From positions 124,001-188,000 of the forward strand of contig MCFH01000034.1 of NCBI GenBank assembly GCA_002104945.1: DNA of 64,000 bases. Reading direction: 5' to 3'. Both the position numbers and the translations under genes were made by a program. Below the pieces are notes generated by a model. It ran no database searches and was not told where the DNA came from. It saw nothing but the letters and a program-made list of their open reading frames with translations. Positions 1 to 15,233 of this stretch are shown one piece after another. Position 1 is the stretch's first letter, and every line of letters starts with the position of its first letter. The DNA is from Piromyces finnis finn. Lineage: Eukaryota; Fungi; Neocallimastigomycota.

Positions 1-96
1 AAATAGATGAAATAACATTTTATATTTAATTAATTATAATTCAATTTTTTTTTATTCCATATTTTATAAATTAATTAATAAATGAATAATGCCTAC

Positions 97-1384
97 CTGT
101 TTCTTCCATAATTTTATTACTTTCATTTCTTCTTTGTTCATAAATTCTTGTACCTGCAACTTCTTTCAATAATTGAAGTCTTGCTGAATCTTTAGCTTTT
201 GTTAATGAAATAATCTTTCAAAAAGATTTACTTTATTAATACAAATATTACTTTATATTGTTTTAAAAATATATATAATCATAAATCATACTTTTCCTTG
301 AGGAACAATATAATATGGATTAGATTTTGAAAAGCCAGCACTTTCTAATAAATTCATTACATCAGATTTACTTGATTATAAATTTATATAAATAGCCCAA
401 TTAAAAATTAAATTATTTATAATTATCTTAAAAAAATAATAATGATAATAAAATAAAATAATAATGACAAATAATTTAATAATTACGTTGCTGCTTTTTT
501 ATCTAAAGAATATTCATCTTTTTTTAAACCAATAGTTCTTCTAATTACTACTTCTTCATTTCCTGTCTATATATATTATGTTAATTACTTTTAAATTTCA
601 AAATTAATTAATATATTATATTCTAATAAAAATAATTACAGGAAAACGATTATCGGAATTATCAAAAACAATTTCAACATAAGCTGATATTGTTACGGGA
701 CCTGTACCTCCCTAATAAATATTTATATTATTATTTAAAATTATTATAAAGACTTATTGCAATTTTTAATATTGTCTATTTAGTAATATTTTGTATATAT
801 TACATGAATTAATGCTTGTCTTTCTTCCTTCTGAAGATTAGTATATTCATCACTTAATACAAATCGAATTGCTACATTTATTAAAATTAAATTTCAAGTA
901 TTTATAAATTATAAATAAATAAATACCAGATACCAGTATTTTAATTACAAAATCTTTACTAAATTTAAAAAATTCTCGATACTAAAAGTCAAATTTATTT
1001 TATTATTATAATACCTGCAAAAAAGTTACTTTTTCCTGAACCATTTCTACCAACTATTTTTTATCATCATTATTATTAATTTTATTATATATATAATAAG
1101 TGTGGAATATATATTAAAATCTATTTATTCATTTTTATTTTAAATAGTAACATTTAAAGATAATACTAATTAACATTACCAATAACATTATGACCTGGAC
1201 TGAAATTTGAAATAACAGTCTGATCTCGATAAGACTTAAAACCTTGAATAGTAATCTTTTTAAAGAAAAATTAAAATATTATAAAATAAAATATTTTAAT
1301 CATTTCATTAATGTTCTACTTTTAATCATTTATATTAATAAATACAAAGAGGAAAAAAAATCCTAATACCTGTTTAATGTACAT
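97..1384 (-). CDS. SMC3: Cohesin subunit SMC3, 5' part (8 exons; gene continues past position 1)
   Basis: Manually spliced exons 1384-1370, 1255-1180, 1053-1015, 871-804, 711-640, 566-487, 370-292, 214-97, all GT-AG. They give [17 protein letters not shown]...[19 protein letters not shown] (Walker A)...[15 protein letters not shown]...[14 protein letters not shown]...[24 protein letters not shown]...[18 protein letters not shown], which are SMC3-type N-terminal motifs. Absent from the ORF track because the exons are short. Confidence 0.93.
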
Positions 1385-3126
1385 TTTTATTAATTAATAT
1401 TGTCGAAGTCGAATTAAAGAAATCTGGCAAAGAATTTCAAATTAATATATAAAATTGTAATAATAATGATAATTTGTTGACTATTTTTATATTATGATAT
1501 AATGAATTTTAAAAGCAATATATTATTCAATTATTTTTGAATAATAATATTTAAAAGTTGGACAATTAAAATTAAAATTTCTTTTTCAAATTTTTATTAT
1601 TCTTATTTTTTTTTTTTTTTGATTTTAAAGCATCAATATAATAATAAAGAGTTTGTTATGAAATGTTTTCCTCTTTTTTTTTTTTACTATAATTACTTTC
1701 AGAATATTTAAATTATTTAATGTAAAAAAAAAAAAAAAAAAAAAAAAAGCTACAATTATCAAATTTTTTCTTTATATAAATTTCTTTATATACAAATTTA
1801 TATGAAAAAAAGGAATATAAAGAAAGTAGGAAAAATTTATTAAATATTCAGAAGTTTATTTTTTTAACAATTATAAATTATATAGATTTAATTAAGAATA
1901 ATATATTGTCCTATTCAATTTTTAATTAATTTCAAAAAAATAAAATATATACATAAAAATTTTAAATTATATTTTTTTTTTTGAGATTATTATTATAAAA
2001 ATTAAAAATAATGATAAAATTATTTATTCTAATTATTAATAATTATATAATAATATTGAAACTATTATAATTGAAGCTTAATAACTAGAACGTTTAACTA
2101 GAAGATGGTTATTACCATATAAGTAATATAAACAAAGATAGAACCTTTATATTTTCAAAAAACTATACTTCAAAAGAACTATTACCTTTATAAACTTCTT
2201 TATTTCAATTTTCATTTTATTTTAAATATTACACTTTTTATTTTTCATTTTCCCTAACCCTATTTTCTTTTTGTTTTAAATGAACTATATTACCATTAAA
2301 GAAGTCTTCCATAATAATAAAAATCTTAAAATCAATTGTTCTCCATAAAATAACATTATTGAAGAAATTAAAAATTATAAATAATAATAGAACTTTTTCT
2401 TTAGTACTAAAATCAAATTGTTCTGGTTTAGCGAACTTTATTTAAGTTGAAATAACATTATTATTAATCGAAATATCATTATATGTATCATATTATATTC
2501 TGTCAGATTCCTTTTCATTAAAAAAAAAAGATATATTTTTTTTCTATCCTTTTTATTTTTACCTTTAATTGCTATTTTTTTTTATATTATATTTAATAGC
2601 AATTCTTCTTTTCATTCTATATATATATATGTTAATTATATTAATGATAGTAAATTATAAATTATTTATTATATATGTTTATTATAATACTTGTATTTTA
2701 TTCTATTTTATTCAATTTTTAATTGATATTAATTATAATTTTAAATAATTTCTATATAATAATGAGAATTACTTAATTTTTTATAATATTTTAATACTTC
2801 TCTTAATCTAAAGCATAGAACTATTCATTAATAAATTTTTTACATAGATCTATTAACTTTCTCTAAATCTAATTTTCAAATTTAATCAGTAAAATATATA
2901 TTAAAAAATTGATATTAGAACACAATAAATATGATAATTATTAACACACAATATATAATATAAATATATAAAATATAAAGATTATCATAATCTTTAAGGT
3001 TTATAATAAAGCATATTTAAATAATATATTTTGTTATAAACAATAATAATACTTAAAATTTTTTCTTTGCAATTCTTTAATAAGAATATGATAATGAATA
3101 TTATATAATTATCGATGATTTATTAC

Positions 3127-3249
3127 TTATCCTAGATTTTGGAAGGATTTAGCCAAAATTTCTGGCCAGGGAAAGTTTGACCTCTGGTAAAATTTTAACC
3201 AGACAAAAATCAGAAAGGCCAGAATTTCTAGGCTAAAAATCTAGGATAA
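3127..3249. mobile_element. MITE-like element (~123 bp) with 14-bp terminal inverted repeats
   Basis: Starts ttatcctagatttt and ends aaaatctaggataa (exact reverse complements). GC-richer island in AT-rich DNA. Related partial copies at 20161-20239 and 53315-53360. Confidence 0.6.
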
Positions 3250-6200
3250 TTAATATATAAAAAATATACTTGTATTAAATCCATGTTTTCCTAAAAAAAT
3301 AATAAAATTAATCTAAAAAAACATTAATTTCTAAATAATACTGTATTTCATATCAACTAATTTTTACACTTATAAAATTAAATCACAATTTCTATTAATC
3401 TTTCAATAATAGTCTCTGATGCTAGAGAAAGTATATTATATGTAATATTATATACAGATGAAAATAATAAAAAGATAATTTTTCTCCTTTTGTTAAATAA
3501 TTTTTTTTTATATTGACTCAATATTTACTTTTAGTTTTATAATTTATTCATTAATATATCGTTTTGTATATCAATATTTTTTTCTCTATTTATTTTATTT
3601 TTATTATAAAAAAAAAAAAAAGGGAAAGAAAGAAAGAAAAAAAAAAATAAAAATAAAAAAAAAAGCTTTATGAATTTTAATCATAAAATTTCCTTTTTAA
3701 TTAATAAAAAAAGGTGAAAAATGATTATATTTATGTTATTTAAATATATATTATAAAAATATTTCTATAATACTGTTAACAACTAAAATTTTTGAATAAT
3801 ATAATAGTTATAAAAAGAGCAATAACAACAACAACAACAAAAGAAAAAAAAATAGTATACTAATATCTCTTATCTATAGCAATATAATAATTATATAAAA
3901 AATTCTTTTAGAATTTTATTTTATTATATTGTTGAAAAAAAATATTTTCTACTTATATTTTCTTAATAGCATTAATATTTATAGAATAATTTTCAAAAAA
4001 AAAATAATTTTATTTTCTTTAATCCTGCTGCCGCATATAATATACATAATGAATGTGCCAATCATTTTAGTCATAAATTTTTGTTATTACTTTTTTACAA
4101 TGTATAAATACTCATTTAGTTTAATAAATAATATCTAGAATATAATATATAAAATGAGCTTCGAGAATTTAACTTTGTAATATTACTAAAAATATATAAA
4201 CTACTTTCTAATATTTCATTCAAATTAGCAATATTTTAAATATGAATATATATACTATTATACATATTTATTAGTAATAATAATACATATTTTATATGTA
4301 TAAAAAAAATAACGTTTATATATAAATATATAGTTATTTATTTTAAATTCATATATTTTAGTTATTTATAATTCAACTGATTATTATCCCTTATTATAAT
4401 AATAAAGTTATTCTTTAATAAATTCATAAATAAATCTACCTTTTTAATTGCTAAAGCAACAAAGAAAGACTTACTTTATATTTATATAAATTAAGTATTA
4501 AATTAAAACGGCTTTTTTATTGTGATTAAAGATTAAATTTTACTGTTTTGATTACTGTAAATTAATATCAATTTTCTATTTTAATATGGATTGTTACATA
4601 TTAATAATAATGAAAGAGTAAATAATTATAGATCAAAAAATGTTTTTTTTTTTTATTTTTGAATAATATTTTAATTTAACAATGTAGTACAGGGTTTTAA
4701 TTATTTTTTAACCAATACAATTTATATACAAATTAAAAATTTTAACTATTTTTGTTATTAATAGAATATTTGAACTATATCAAAATTTATTATGTTTTCC
4801 AATAATTCAAATTCTCCATCAATATTTATTAATTTATATTGTTATATATGGAAATTAAATATATTATATAAATTAACTACCGTTTATATATTATGATTCA
4901 TTTATTTTATTGGATGAATAATTTGATGGCGTTTTTTTCTGTCTTTTTTTTTGTTAATTATCTTTTTCATTTACTTTTTTAGTAAATAATAGAATATTAA
5001 AAATTATAAATACTAATAAGTAATATAAAGAAAAAAATATAATATATATAATTTAGATATTACATCTAATTTATTTATTTGAAATTTATTAATAAATTTT
5101 TATATTTTATTATTTTTTATTAAAAAAAAAAAATACATGTTAAATGAAATATATTAAATAGAATATTAATTTTAATATTTTTTTATTGTATACTTTTATT
5201 GAAATCTTTTTATTAAAACTATATTGTTTTTATAGTAAAATTAAAAAAAATAAAGTATTATTGATAAGCAATTTCATAAACGATCATTTTGTGTAATTTA
5301 AATACCAATTGAATATAATAAATATGAATATATAGAAATAACAAATAAAACTAGTATTTATAATAATTATTATGAAGATATTAATGTTAATATTCTTTAA
5401 AATAAAAAAACAATTATATATATTTAAACACATTTACAATTAATCAAATTCAAAAATATTTATACTCTTTCTTATTAATTTTCTTTTGTCTCAATTGATT
5501 TAATAAATATTTATATTAAATTTATAAAAATCATTGATTATTATATAAATTTTTTATATAAATATATATTTTTATAATATTAACATTTACCGTTAAATTT
5601 TATATTTTATAATTTGTTTTATTAAATAATTAATAATTTAATATAAAGTTTAATTTCTATTATTTTAGCACTATTTTCTTTTTCTTTTTTTTTTTTTTTT
5701 TTTTCACTATTTATCTCTTTTTTTTTTTTTTCTTTAAACATTTTTAAATAAAATTTTGATTTCTAGATTAATTTAATTTTATAAACTATAAACCTAAGTA
5801 ATCATTTTATTCAATATAATTCAATATTTGATATTAATATCACATATTGAAATAAAATATTATATATAATAATAAAATAAAAAAAGAAAAAGAAGTAAAA
5901 TTCAGTTTATTAAAATACTAAGCAAAAACTTAATACATTAGAAGAAAAGAAGAAAAGAAAAAAGAAAGAAAAAAAATTATTTAAAATAATATTAAAATAT
6001 TAATAATATAATTAAATTGTAAAATATATCACATATCATTCACAATATTTATTAAAAGTTATATGATTTTTACCTACCTATCATATAACTTTTAATAGTA
6101 TTTTTTAAAATTCATAAATATATTTTATCGAGATATTCATTATGTTTTATTAATAATACCATTCTACCCTAATCATACTATTTTGTAAATATATTTTATT

Positions 6201-6366
6201 AAAATAAATAAAGTCACTTTAAATTTGTATATATATCAATTTCACTTTAATACCAATGAATACAGTAATAGTTTAAAGTTACTACTGAAAAATAGAAAAG
6301 ATATAATATAATTAAAAGCTAAAACATATTTATAAAAATATATTTAATACAATATAAAATATAAAA

Positions 6367-9177
6367 ATGTTTTTATTTTCTTTCTTATTTTGTTTTATAG
6401 TAGTACTAAATAACAAATGTATATTACTGTTCATTTCCTCCATCGTTATATATTCATTCATAAAAAAAATACTATCAAAATTACAAAATTCTATAATTCA
6501 TAAAAATTGTCACAAATGTACCATATCAAAAATAATATCAATGATTCCACAGTTTATAAATTATAATTATTTATATAATATAATATTAATTTATTTATCA
6601 TTAGAAATAACAATCTCAAACTTTAATTTAATATCAAAATTTCCAACTTCAAAAAAATCTAATAATGGTATTTTTTTTGTAAATGCTCAATTAACCTCTG
6701 AACAAAAAGATTCTTTATTATACCTTCACCGAAAAACTCGTGATGCAGTTGGTGCAAGTAATATGCAAACTTTATATTGGAGCTCGACATTAGCTTCTGA
6801 AGCTCAAGTATATATATTTCATAAATTATATTATTATTAAATAAAATTTTAATACTAATATTTTTTATCTATATATCTATAAATAAATTATCTTATACAA
6901 AGGCATATGCAGAAAAATGCGTTGGTTTAAATCACTCTGGTGTCATGGGTGAAAATTTAGCTACAGCCACTTATAATAATGTTGAAAGATTATATCATCT
7001 TTGGGAAGATGAAAGGGAAATTTTTGAAGAAAGTGACTCATATCGCAAAAAATTTCCAGGATACCATAGTTTTGGCCACTACACACAAATTGTATGGGCT
7101 GCTAATACTAAAGTTGGTTGTGGTCAAGCATATTGTAAAAATTTATCACAACCATACAATTTAGTTTGTAGATATGAACTGTATGTATGATATATATATT
7201 ATTGATTTTAACAACGGAATATTTACCTTAATCTTTGTTTTTATTAAATATAATTAATATAGTGGTAATATTATTGATTTTGAAGTATACAGTTTTAGCA
7301 AAACAACTGTAGTTATACCAAATATTGCCAAGAATAGATCAAAAAGTTCACCAGAAAAGGTATCAAATCCGAATACTGATGATGACAGTACTGAAATAGC
7401 TAATAAATCCTTAAATAATAAAACAAATAATATTTCTACTAATGGAAATGCAGAAGGTTCACAAAATAATAGTGATGATCTTCTTAGTAATAATCAAAAT
7501 GGGGATGAAAATAAAAATGGTAATAACAACATTGATAATTCAAATAATGATTCTCAAGATAATAAAGATTCAACAGAAGAAGCTAGTGTTGGTGAAAGTG
7601 TTAATGTTGTTGCAAAAGATGATGGTAATGGAAATGTTATCTTATTTGTATTAGGTGGAACAGCTGCTAGTGGTGCTTTTGCTTTACTTTATGTTAAAAA
7701 GAAAAAGCCGGATCAATATAAAAAGTTATGTCATCAAATTTCAGTGCAACAAAAAGAACTCAGTAAAATTACCAAAAAAATAACCGTTAAAGTTAGCAAT
7801 AGTACTTCAACTTTAAGCAGAAAAATTATTGAAAGAAGTAAAAGTACAGCGACCTTAGGACGTCATTTTAAAAAATCATATACTTCTAATCGTAGAAAAT
7901 CATGTAATGATATCAAGATTAATTTTTCAGATAGTACAGGTTTTCCATATGAATTTAATATTAAAAATAATTACAACGATTTAGATATTGTAAGTACCAA
8001 TAAAATTTCTTCTAAGGAAAAAAACGAACCATCTGAATGGAATTTCTACAATAATTCCGAAAATAAAAAAGGAAGATTTAGTTTTGCCTCTTTGAGACCT
8101 AAATCATATCGTAAATTATCTTTTTCTTCCTTGAGTAGTAAGAAAAAAGATATTTATGATGACTATCCACCATGTAATAAAGCTATTCCAGTTCCTAAAT
8201 ATAACGTTGATATTATCGAAAAGATGAATAATTTAGATAAGTATGAACAATTTATAACTCAGAGTAAATCATCATCTGTAACAGATGCAATGGACAGTCG
8301 TCCACCTTTAAAAAGTTATCAAAGTTCAATTATGAGAGAAAGAAAAGGTAGTGATTCAAGAATTGATTATTATCAATCCAATAGAAACAGTTATTATAGT
8401 TACAGTTCAAATGATACAGCGCCATTATTAAACAAATATAAAGAAAATTCTGAATATAATAACAAAGTTGTGGTTATTGATCCTAGTATTCAACCTCCAT
8501 TACCTACAAGATATAAATCAAATACCAGAAATCGTTCCTATTCTCAATCATCTAATGTAACAAAATCACCATCCTTAAGACCAAGTCATAAATATCAAAG
8601 ATCAGATTCAGGAGTAATGTTCCCTCAACGTGGACGTAGCTTAAGTCAAAGTAGTAGCAAGTCACCTGCTTTAAAACCATCCTATAAATATCAAGAACCA
8701 GAAACGATTGTTATCCCACAACGTGATCGTAGTATGAGTGTTAGTAGTAATCATAGTCTTGGAAATAGTAGAGGAAGAAAAAAGTATAATAACTCTACAA
8801 AAGGTGAAACTTCTGAAAGTCCAAATCGTAACTATGGACACAGTCGTAGCAGAAGTCGTAGTAAAAGCCGTAGCAGAAGTCGTAGCAGAAGTCGCAGTAG
8901 AAGTCGCAGTAGAAGTCCACATTCTTATAATAAAAATACTAGAAGACCATCAACCCCATCACTAAAATCCTATCCTTCTCCAGAATTTACACCTGAAAGA
9001 TTGAAAAGAAAAGATTCATTAAACGGTAGAAAACCAAGATCAAATCATGGATCAATTAATCCCTTAAAACATCATCGTTCCCAATCCTATAATAATATCC
9101 GTCAAACAGATAAAAATCTACAATCCGATGAATATCACAATCTTGTTTTAAATGACTTATTAGAATCTTATAATTAA
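6367..9177 (+). CDS. CAP/SCP (PR-1-like) domain single-pass membrane protein with long Ser/Arg/Lys-rich C-terminal tail (3 exons; start codon uncertain)
   Basis: Exon 1 ends ~6806 (LHRKTRDAVGASNMQTLYWSSTLASEAQ). Exon 2 is 6903-7180 (AYAEKC...GENLA...GHYTQIVWAANTKVGCG...LVCRY, CAP signature). Exon 3 is 7263-9177 and open throughout: N/D-rich linker, hydrophobic VILFVLGGTAASGAFALLYV then KKKK, then the 7744-9177 ORF in the same frame. The true start lies somewhere in 6367-6680. Confidence 0.8.
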
Positions 9178-12100
9178 TAATCAAATTAATATAATAAATA
9201 TTGTATAAATAGACCTCTTTTAGATAATAAACATAAAAAAAAAATTATATATTTTTTAATATTTAATATGTAATTAATTCCTTTAATTTTAATTTATTTA
9301 TTCAAATCAAAATAATTAATATAATATTTAATAATATTTATATATGCTATATATGCTATTATATATATGAAATTTTTACATAATAGTAATTTATAATGAT
9401 AATGATAGCACATTATAATAATATTTTATTATTTTATTTCTAATAAATAATATATTTTGATATGATAAAGACAAAATCAAAAAAAAATAAAAGAAATATA
9501 AAAGGATAATAATAATAATAATAAACTATTACTCTAAAAGTTTTTATAATTTTTACATATTATAAAATATTATGGAATATAATACATAATTTTCTCATAG
9601 TGGATGTATTTGTTTTACTAAAAAATAATATAATTTATTATTTGTAATATACTCTAAATAATTTTTATACTTGAAATCATTATATATATATAAACATGAT
9701 ATAGGACTTTTACATTTTTCTAGCTATTATTAATGATATTCTATACAATGATCAATTTATATAATATTAACTCTATCATTAATAGATAAACATTATAAAA
9801 TATCGCGAAAAAGATGACATAAAGAAATATTAATATAGATTCTAATGATAATGTTATTTATAATGCACAATTAGTATTATTTTGAAAAGAGTTTTCGTTA
9901 TATAATTTCCGCTTATTATAATTTGCTCTTTACTTTTTTATTTTATTAACCTTTCTATATATCTTTTTTATTTTCTTTCAGTATTATTTTTATTATCCTT
10001 GTTTCATATATTTACTCTATTTCATAATTTCTATATTATTTTTAATTAAATAAACTTAAAATGTCCCTATTGATTAAAAATACTGAAAATAAAAAATTTA
10101 ATACATAGTAATAAATATAAACGAACATGGACATTAAATTATAATTAACCATTGTGAATTAAAAATCATAAAGTTTTTGTGTAACATTTATAAAAAAATA
10201 ATATTTAAAGTTTAAAAAAAAAAAGAATTTACTACATATAGCTATAAATTCAAATGGATATTAAAATTTTTAATTGAATAATAAACTTTTAATAGAATTT
10301 AAATAAAATTAGAATTTCTGTAAATTCATTCAAATTTCACTTTTTTAATTTGTATACTTTATGTTATAATTAATATTCATTAGCAAGCATTAAAACCAGA
10401 AAAGATAAAGTGTCTATAAAATGGTTATTATCACTTAAATAATGATTAACTAATAATATTTACAATTAAATAACAATTTCTATAATCTATAGAAAATTAA
10501 TAATAAGCAATTTTTTTGTTTATGAATAATTTAGTATAATTTCTATAAACAAAAAAATGCTTATTATTATGTATAATTAACTATATGAAGTATAAAAAAA
10601 CTATTAAAAAAGAAAAATATATATATATTAATTTAAAAATAGTTAAAATCTCATGTTCTGTTTTCTTTTGACCTTTTTAATGTCTTAATATTATATTCAT
10701 CATTTTAAATAAAACAGTTAAACAAAATTAAAATTTTTTAAATAAAAATTTTATAATTAATATTCTATTTTATAATAAAATTTAAGATATAAATTAAAGA
10801 AGGAACCAATAATTTTGTAGTATGTAATTAAATTAATATATTGATTGTTTACATGTGATAATATATAATAAAAAAAACAATTAAATAATATATTAAAATA
10901 AATAAATTTTATGTTAATTAATAACAAATGATTTATGAATTTATGGGTTTTAAAATAACAGAAACTTATATATATATAACTTTTATAGAAATTGTATTAT
11001 AAACGTCATATAAACAATTTTTTATTTTTATTTTATTATATAATGGTTTGAAATATAATTCTAATAATAAAATATGAAAATTTCTAGGTTATAAGCTTCT
11101 CATTCAATTTACATATACAATTTAATTTTTGTATAATATTCATTAATTTGTTATTTATTTGTTTATATAAACAATAAACATTAATACTTTTTTAAATACT
11201 TTATAACAAAACAATGTAATATACATTATTTAAAGTTCACTTTTTTTTGGTAAATATAAATAAATATATGAAAGATTTAAAAAATCATTTATATTATAAT
11301 ATATTGATAATAGTTTGTAATATATTAAATATTTCAAAAATTTTAAAAAATTTTCTATTCCATATTACACCAATTGTTATCTTGACTTTAGTAGAGTTGA
11401 TAAGTTTTAAAAGAAAATTATTTACTTCATATTATATAATAAAAATAAATAATAATAAAATTAGATTAATAATAAAATAACATTTATTTTGATTTTTTTT
11501 TTGCAAAATAAAAGTTAGTAATAGCTAATATTATTTATTACATTTTTATTATTCTATAATAATTTTTTATACTTTATACTATTTCCATTTTGTTTTCTGT
11601 ATTTTATAGGCTTCAATAAATGGACATTTTTAGAACACCAAAGAATACAAAAGAAAAATTCCAAGGCACTTTATTATTGAAACTATGAAAATACTATTAA
11701 TAAAACCATTAGTTTTTATATATTACTAATAAAAAATTTAGATAATTTATATCAATATTATTTGTAATGGAAATTTAGTCATATGATGGTTTTAAATAGA
11801 AATATGAACATAACATATATTATAGTATATACTAATATATATATTTAATACATAATTTCATTTTATATATATTTACATTTTATATTAGATATTATTGGTA
11901 AATCATATACATTGTAACACAATATTGATTAGATTTAAATCCTTATAGGATCAGATAACATCTAAAAATATATTTCACTTAGCCATCTATACCCATTTTT
12001 TTTAGTATTTGTAAAGGATGGCTTATGGAAAAAATGCCATCACCCTTCCCTAAAAATTCCTAATAATTAGTAATGAAACTTCAAAATAATGTAAAGTGTC

Positions 12101-13074
12101 AAATATAATAAGCATTTGTAAATTACTAAAATGTTTATATCATAATAATAACAATTATTAATTTGACATAACCATTATTTAGACTTTTTTTAATTAATAT
12201 TTTTAAAAGTATAATGGAAATACATATATTTTTTTATAAATAAATAATAAGTAATGACTAATATTAATCCTATCAAATATCAGAAATATAAGTATTAATT
12301 AAAAAAAAATAAAGAGAAAAAATAAAATTAAAATATATGTATTTATTAATGAATAGTTTTATTTCTTCTTGATATAAACAATAAAAAATAAAATAATATT
12401 TACTAATTTCTTTTTAAAACAAGTTTTATCCTTTAATTAATATAACACATAATATTATAATATTCAATAAATTTAATATATTTAAGTTTTCTAATTAATA
12501 TTTTATTGCTTACACAACCATTTTTAATAACAAAAATTTGTTTTAATATTAATTAAAATTGACTTCATTTTAATTTAAATTGTAATGTTATATATATTGA
12601 AATATATTGAAATATATGTAAAATAATATTTTTCCATTAATTTGATATTAATATTGAAGATATAAGCTTTTATAATAATTTAAATTTATATTAATAAAAT
12701 AGGATAAAATTAATATTAATAAGATTATTATAAATTAATATTAATAATAATTTTATATATTTGTAGAATAAAACAGAAAATATATAAAACAAAAGAAAAA
12801 GTATAAATAGACAGGCTTTTTTCTTTACTTTAGTAAATTTTATCTACTTTTTTAAAAATATTTTTATATAATTATCTTAAAAGCTTAATAGCTATTGTTG
12901 TTATTGTAGTTTAAAATAATAATAAATATTTCAAAACTATAAAAAAATATATACCATATTTTAAGATAAATACTATTTTATTAATAATATACCAATAAAT
13001 AAAAAACAATCTTTTTAAAAAAAAAATCTATCTGCATAAATTAAAAAAAATTTTAATTCATAATTATAAAAAAA

Positions 13075-13350
13075 ATGTCTTCTACTGAATCTATCTCCTC
13101 AAATACTAATTCTAATCAAAATACCCCAATAGTTCATCACAAGAAAAGTAATCGCTGCCACTTAAACGGTTGTAATTCTAGAGTTGTAAAGATTATTGGT
13201 CATTGCCGTTATTGTCAATTTTCTTTCTGTTCTACTCACCGTTTACCAGAAACCCATGAATGTGCCAATCTTGATTTCTGTAAACAAACTTCATTTGAAA
13301 AGAATTCTACAAAGCTCTTAAGAGAAAAATGTGTTAAGCTCAAGGTTTAA
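13075..13350 (+). CDS. Small AN1-type zinc finger protein (91 aa)
   Basis: RCHLNGC...GHCRYCQFSFCSTHRLPETHEC fits the zf-AN1 pattern ending in FC-x2-HR-x-PE-x-H-x-C. aaaaATG start context. Confidence 0.85.
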   Translation: MSSTESISSNTNSNQNTPIVHHKKSNRCHLNGCNSRVVKIIGHCRYCQFSFCSTHRLPETHECANLDFCKQTSFEKNSTKLLREKCVKLKV

Positions 13351-14495
13351 AAGAAAAGAAGAAAGATGAAGATTATTAATTAATATAAAAATATATACCA
13401 ATAATAATAAATTTTATTTTATTATTATATAATAAAAGAAAATTAAATAGCGGAACAAAAAAAATAATTAATACTATTTTAACAGAAAATAAAAGTATTG
13501 TTTATTCAAAATAGTATAAAATTGTTTTTTTTTTTTTTATCTGAAAAAAAATAATTAACTTTAATAAACGTAAAACATTACATATTTTAACAAAAAAATA
13601 ATAATAATATATTTATAATAACAAAAAATCTGGTTTAACACATTAAATATTTATGATACTATAAATATATTGTTAAATAATAATATAATATTAATTATAT
13701 TAATTAAAATGTAAATATATATAATAATAATAAATTTACTATCAAAAAATAAAAAATAAGAAATGAATAGTTTAATAAAATTGGTGTCGTCTAATAAATA
13801 TTGGTTTTCATTATTTTAATAAGCTTTTTTAAGAGTAAAGTTGGGTATTTGTTTTAAAAGAAGTTTAAATATAAGATTTTTTTATTAATTTTTATATATG
13901 TTTGTTTTAAGAAGTTGGTGTGAATGATTTAATAATCATTTAACTTTTAAAGTCTTTAAATTTTATTTATTAATTTTTATTTAATATAAAAACTATTTGC
14001 AATCTTTGAAAAAAAAGAAAAAAAAAAAAAACAATAATAATAATAGTAGTAGTAGTAATTAATGGCAGCAGCTTAAATAATTCTACTAATTAAAATAATT
14101 TAATATTTAGCAATAATGGTAAACTTGATTATTCCAGTGAATAAAACTAGTTTGTGAATGAAAAATGTCTTCATTGGGGAAAAAGTAATATTATAATAAA
14201 ATACTAACATTTAATAGCAATAAAATTTTACCATTGGTAGTTTCTTCTAAATAAATTTGTTCTTTCTACACAATTAACCTGCAATACAGATAAGTTTATG
14301 CCAATAGCCATAAAAATGTTTGAAAAAAACTTTAAGCAAGGACATAGATACATGCAGAATTTCTAAATTAAATCTAATTGAATAGTTACATACAATTTAT
14401 TTAATAATATTTTTAATATTATAAATATATCAAAAAAAAAAAATTCACATTGGAAAGTATAGTAGTGATACTGTTTGAAGTTTTCTTTTTTTTTA

Positions 14496-14972
<477 letters not shown>

Positions 14973-15016
14973 GTTAACATTTTAGAACATACATAATTAT
15001 ATCTGTACATACTTTT

Positions 15017-15233
15017 ATTTAATAAATACAACCCTTCCAGAAGTCAGGGTTTTATTCATATATTAGCTCTAGAATTACCACGGTTATCCAAATAGTAATG
15101 ATACTATCAAATAAACTATAACTGATTTAATGAGTCATTTGCATTTTCACAGTATAGAATTGTTTATAAATACATGGCTTAATCTTTAAAACAAGCATAT
15201 GACTACTAGCAGGCTATCAGGATCACCCAGATA
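15017..15233 (-). pseudogene. Decayed fragment of the 5' end of 18S rRNA (~215 nt)
   Basis: Reverse complement reads tatctgggtgatcctg...ctagtagtcatatgcttgttttaaagattaagccatg...ctcattaaatcagttatagtttatttgatagta...ttggataaccgtggtaattctagagctaata, colinear with the conserved eukaryotic SSU rRNA 5' end. It has an ~8-nt insertion, a small deletion and many C>T/G>A changes. No further rDNA follows. Confidence 0.9.

Noticed and set aside
2252-2261. ccctaaccct telomere-like motif
   Set aside because: Under two units; chance occurrence.
14050-14360. Slightly GC-richer stretch that might be a decayed gene (also 2280-2520, 11590-11700, 22740-22830)
   Set aside because: Multiple stops in all frames and no recognisable motif; cannot be supported without a search.
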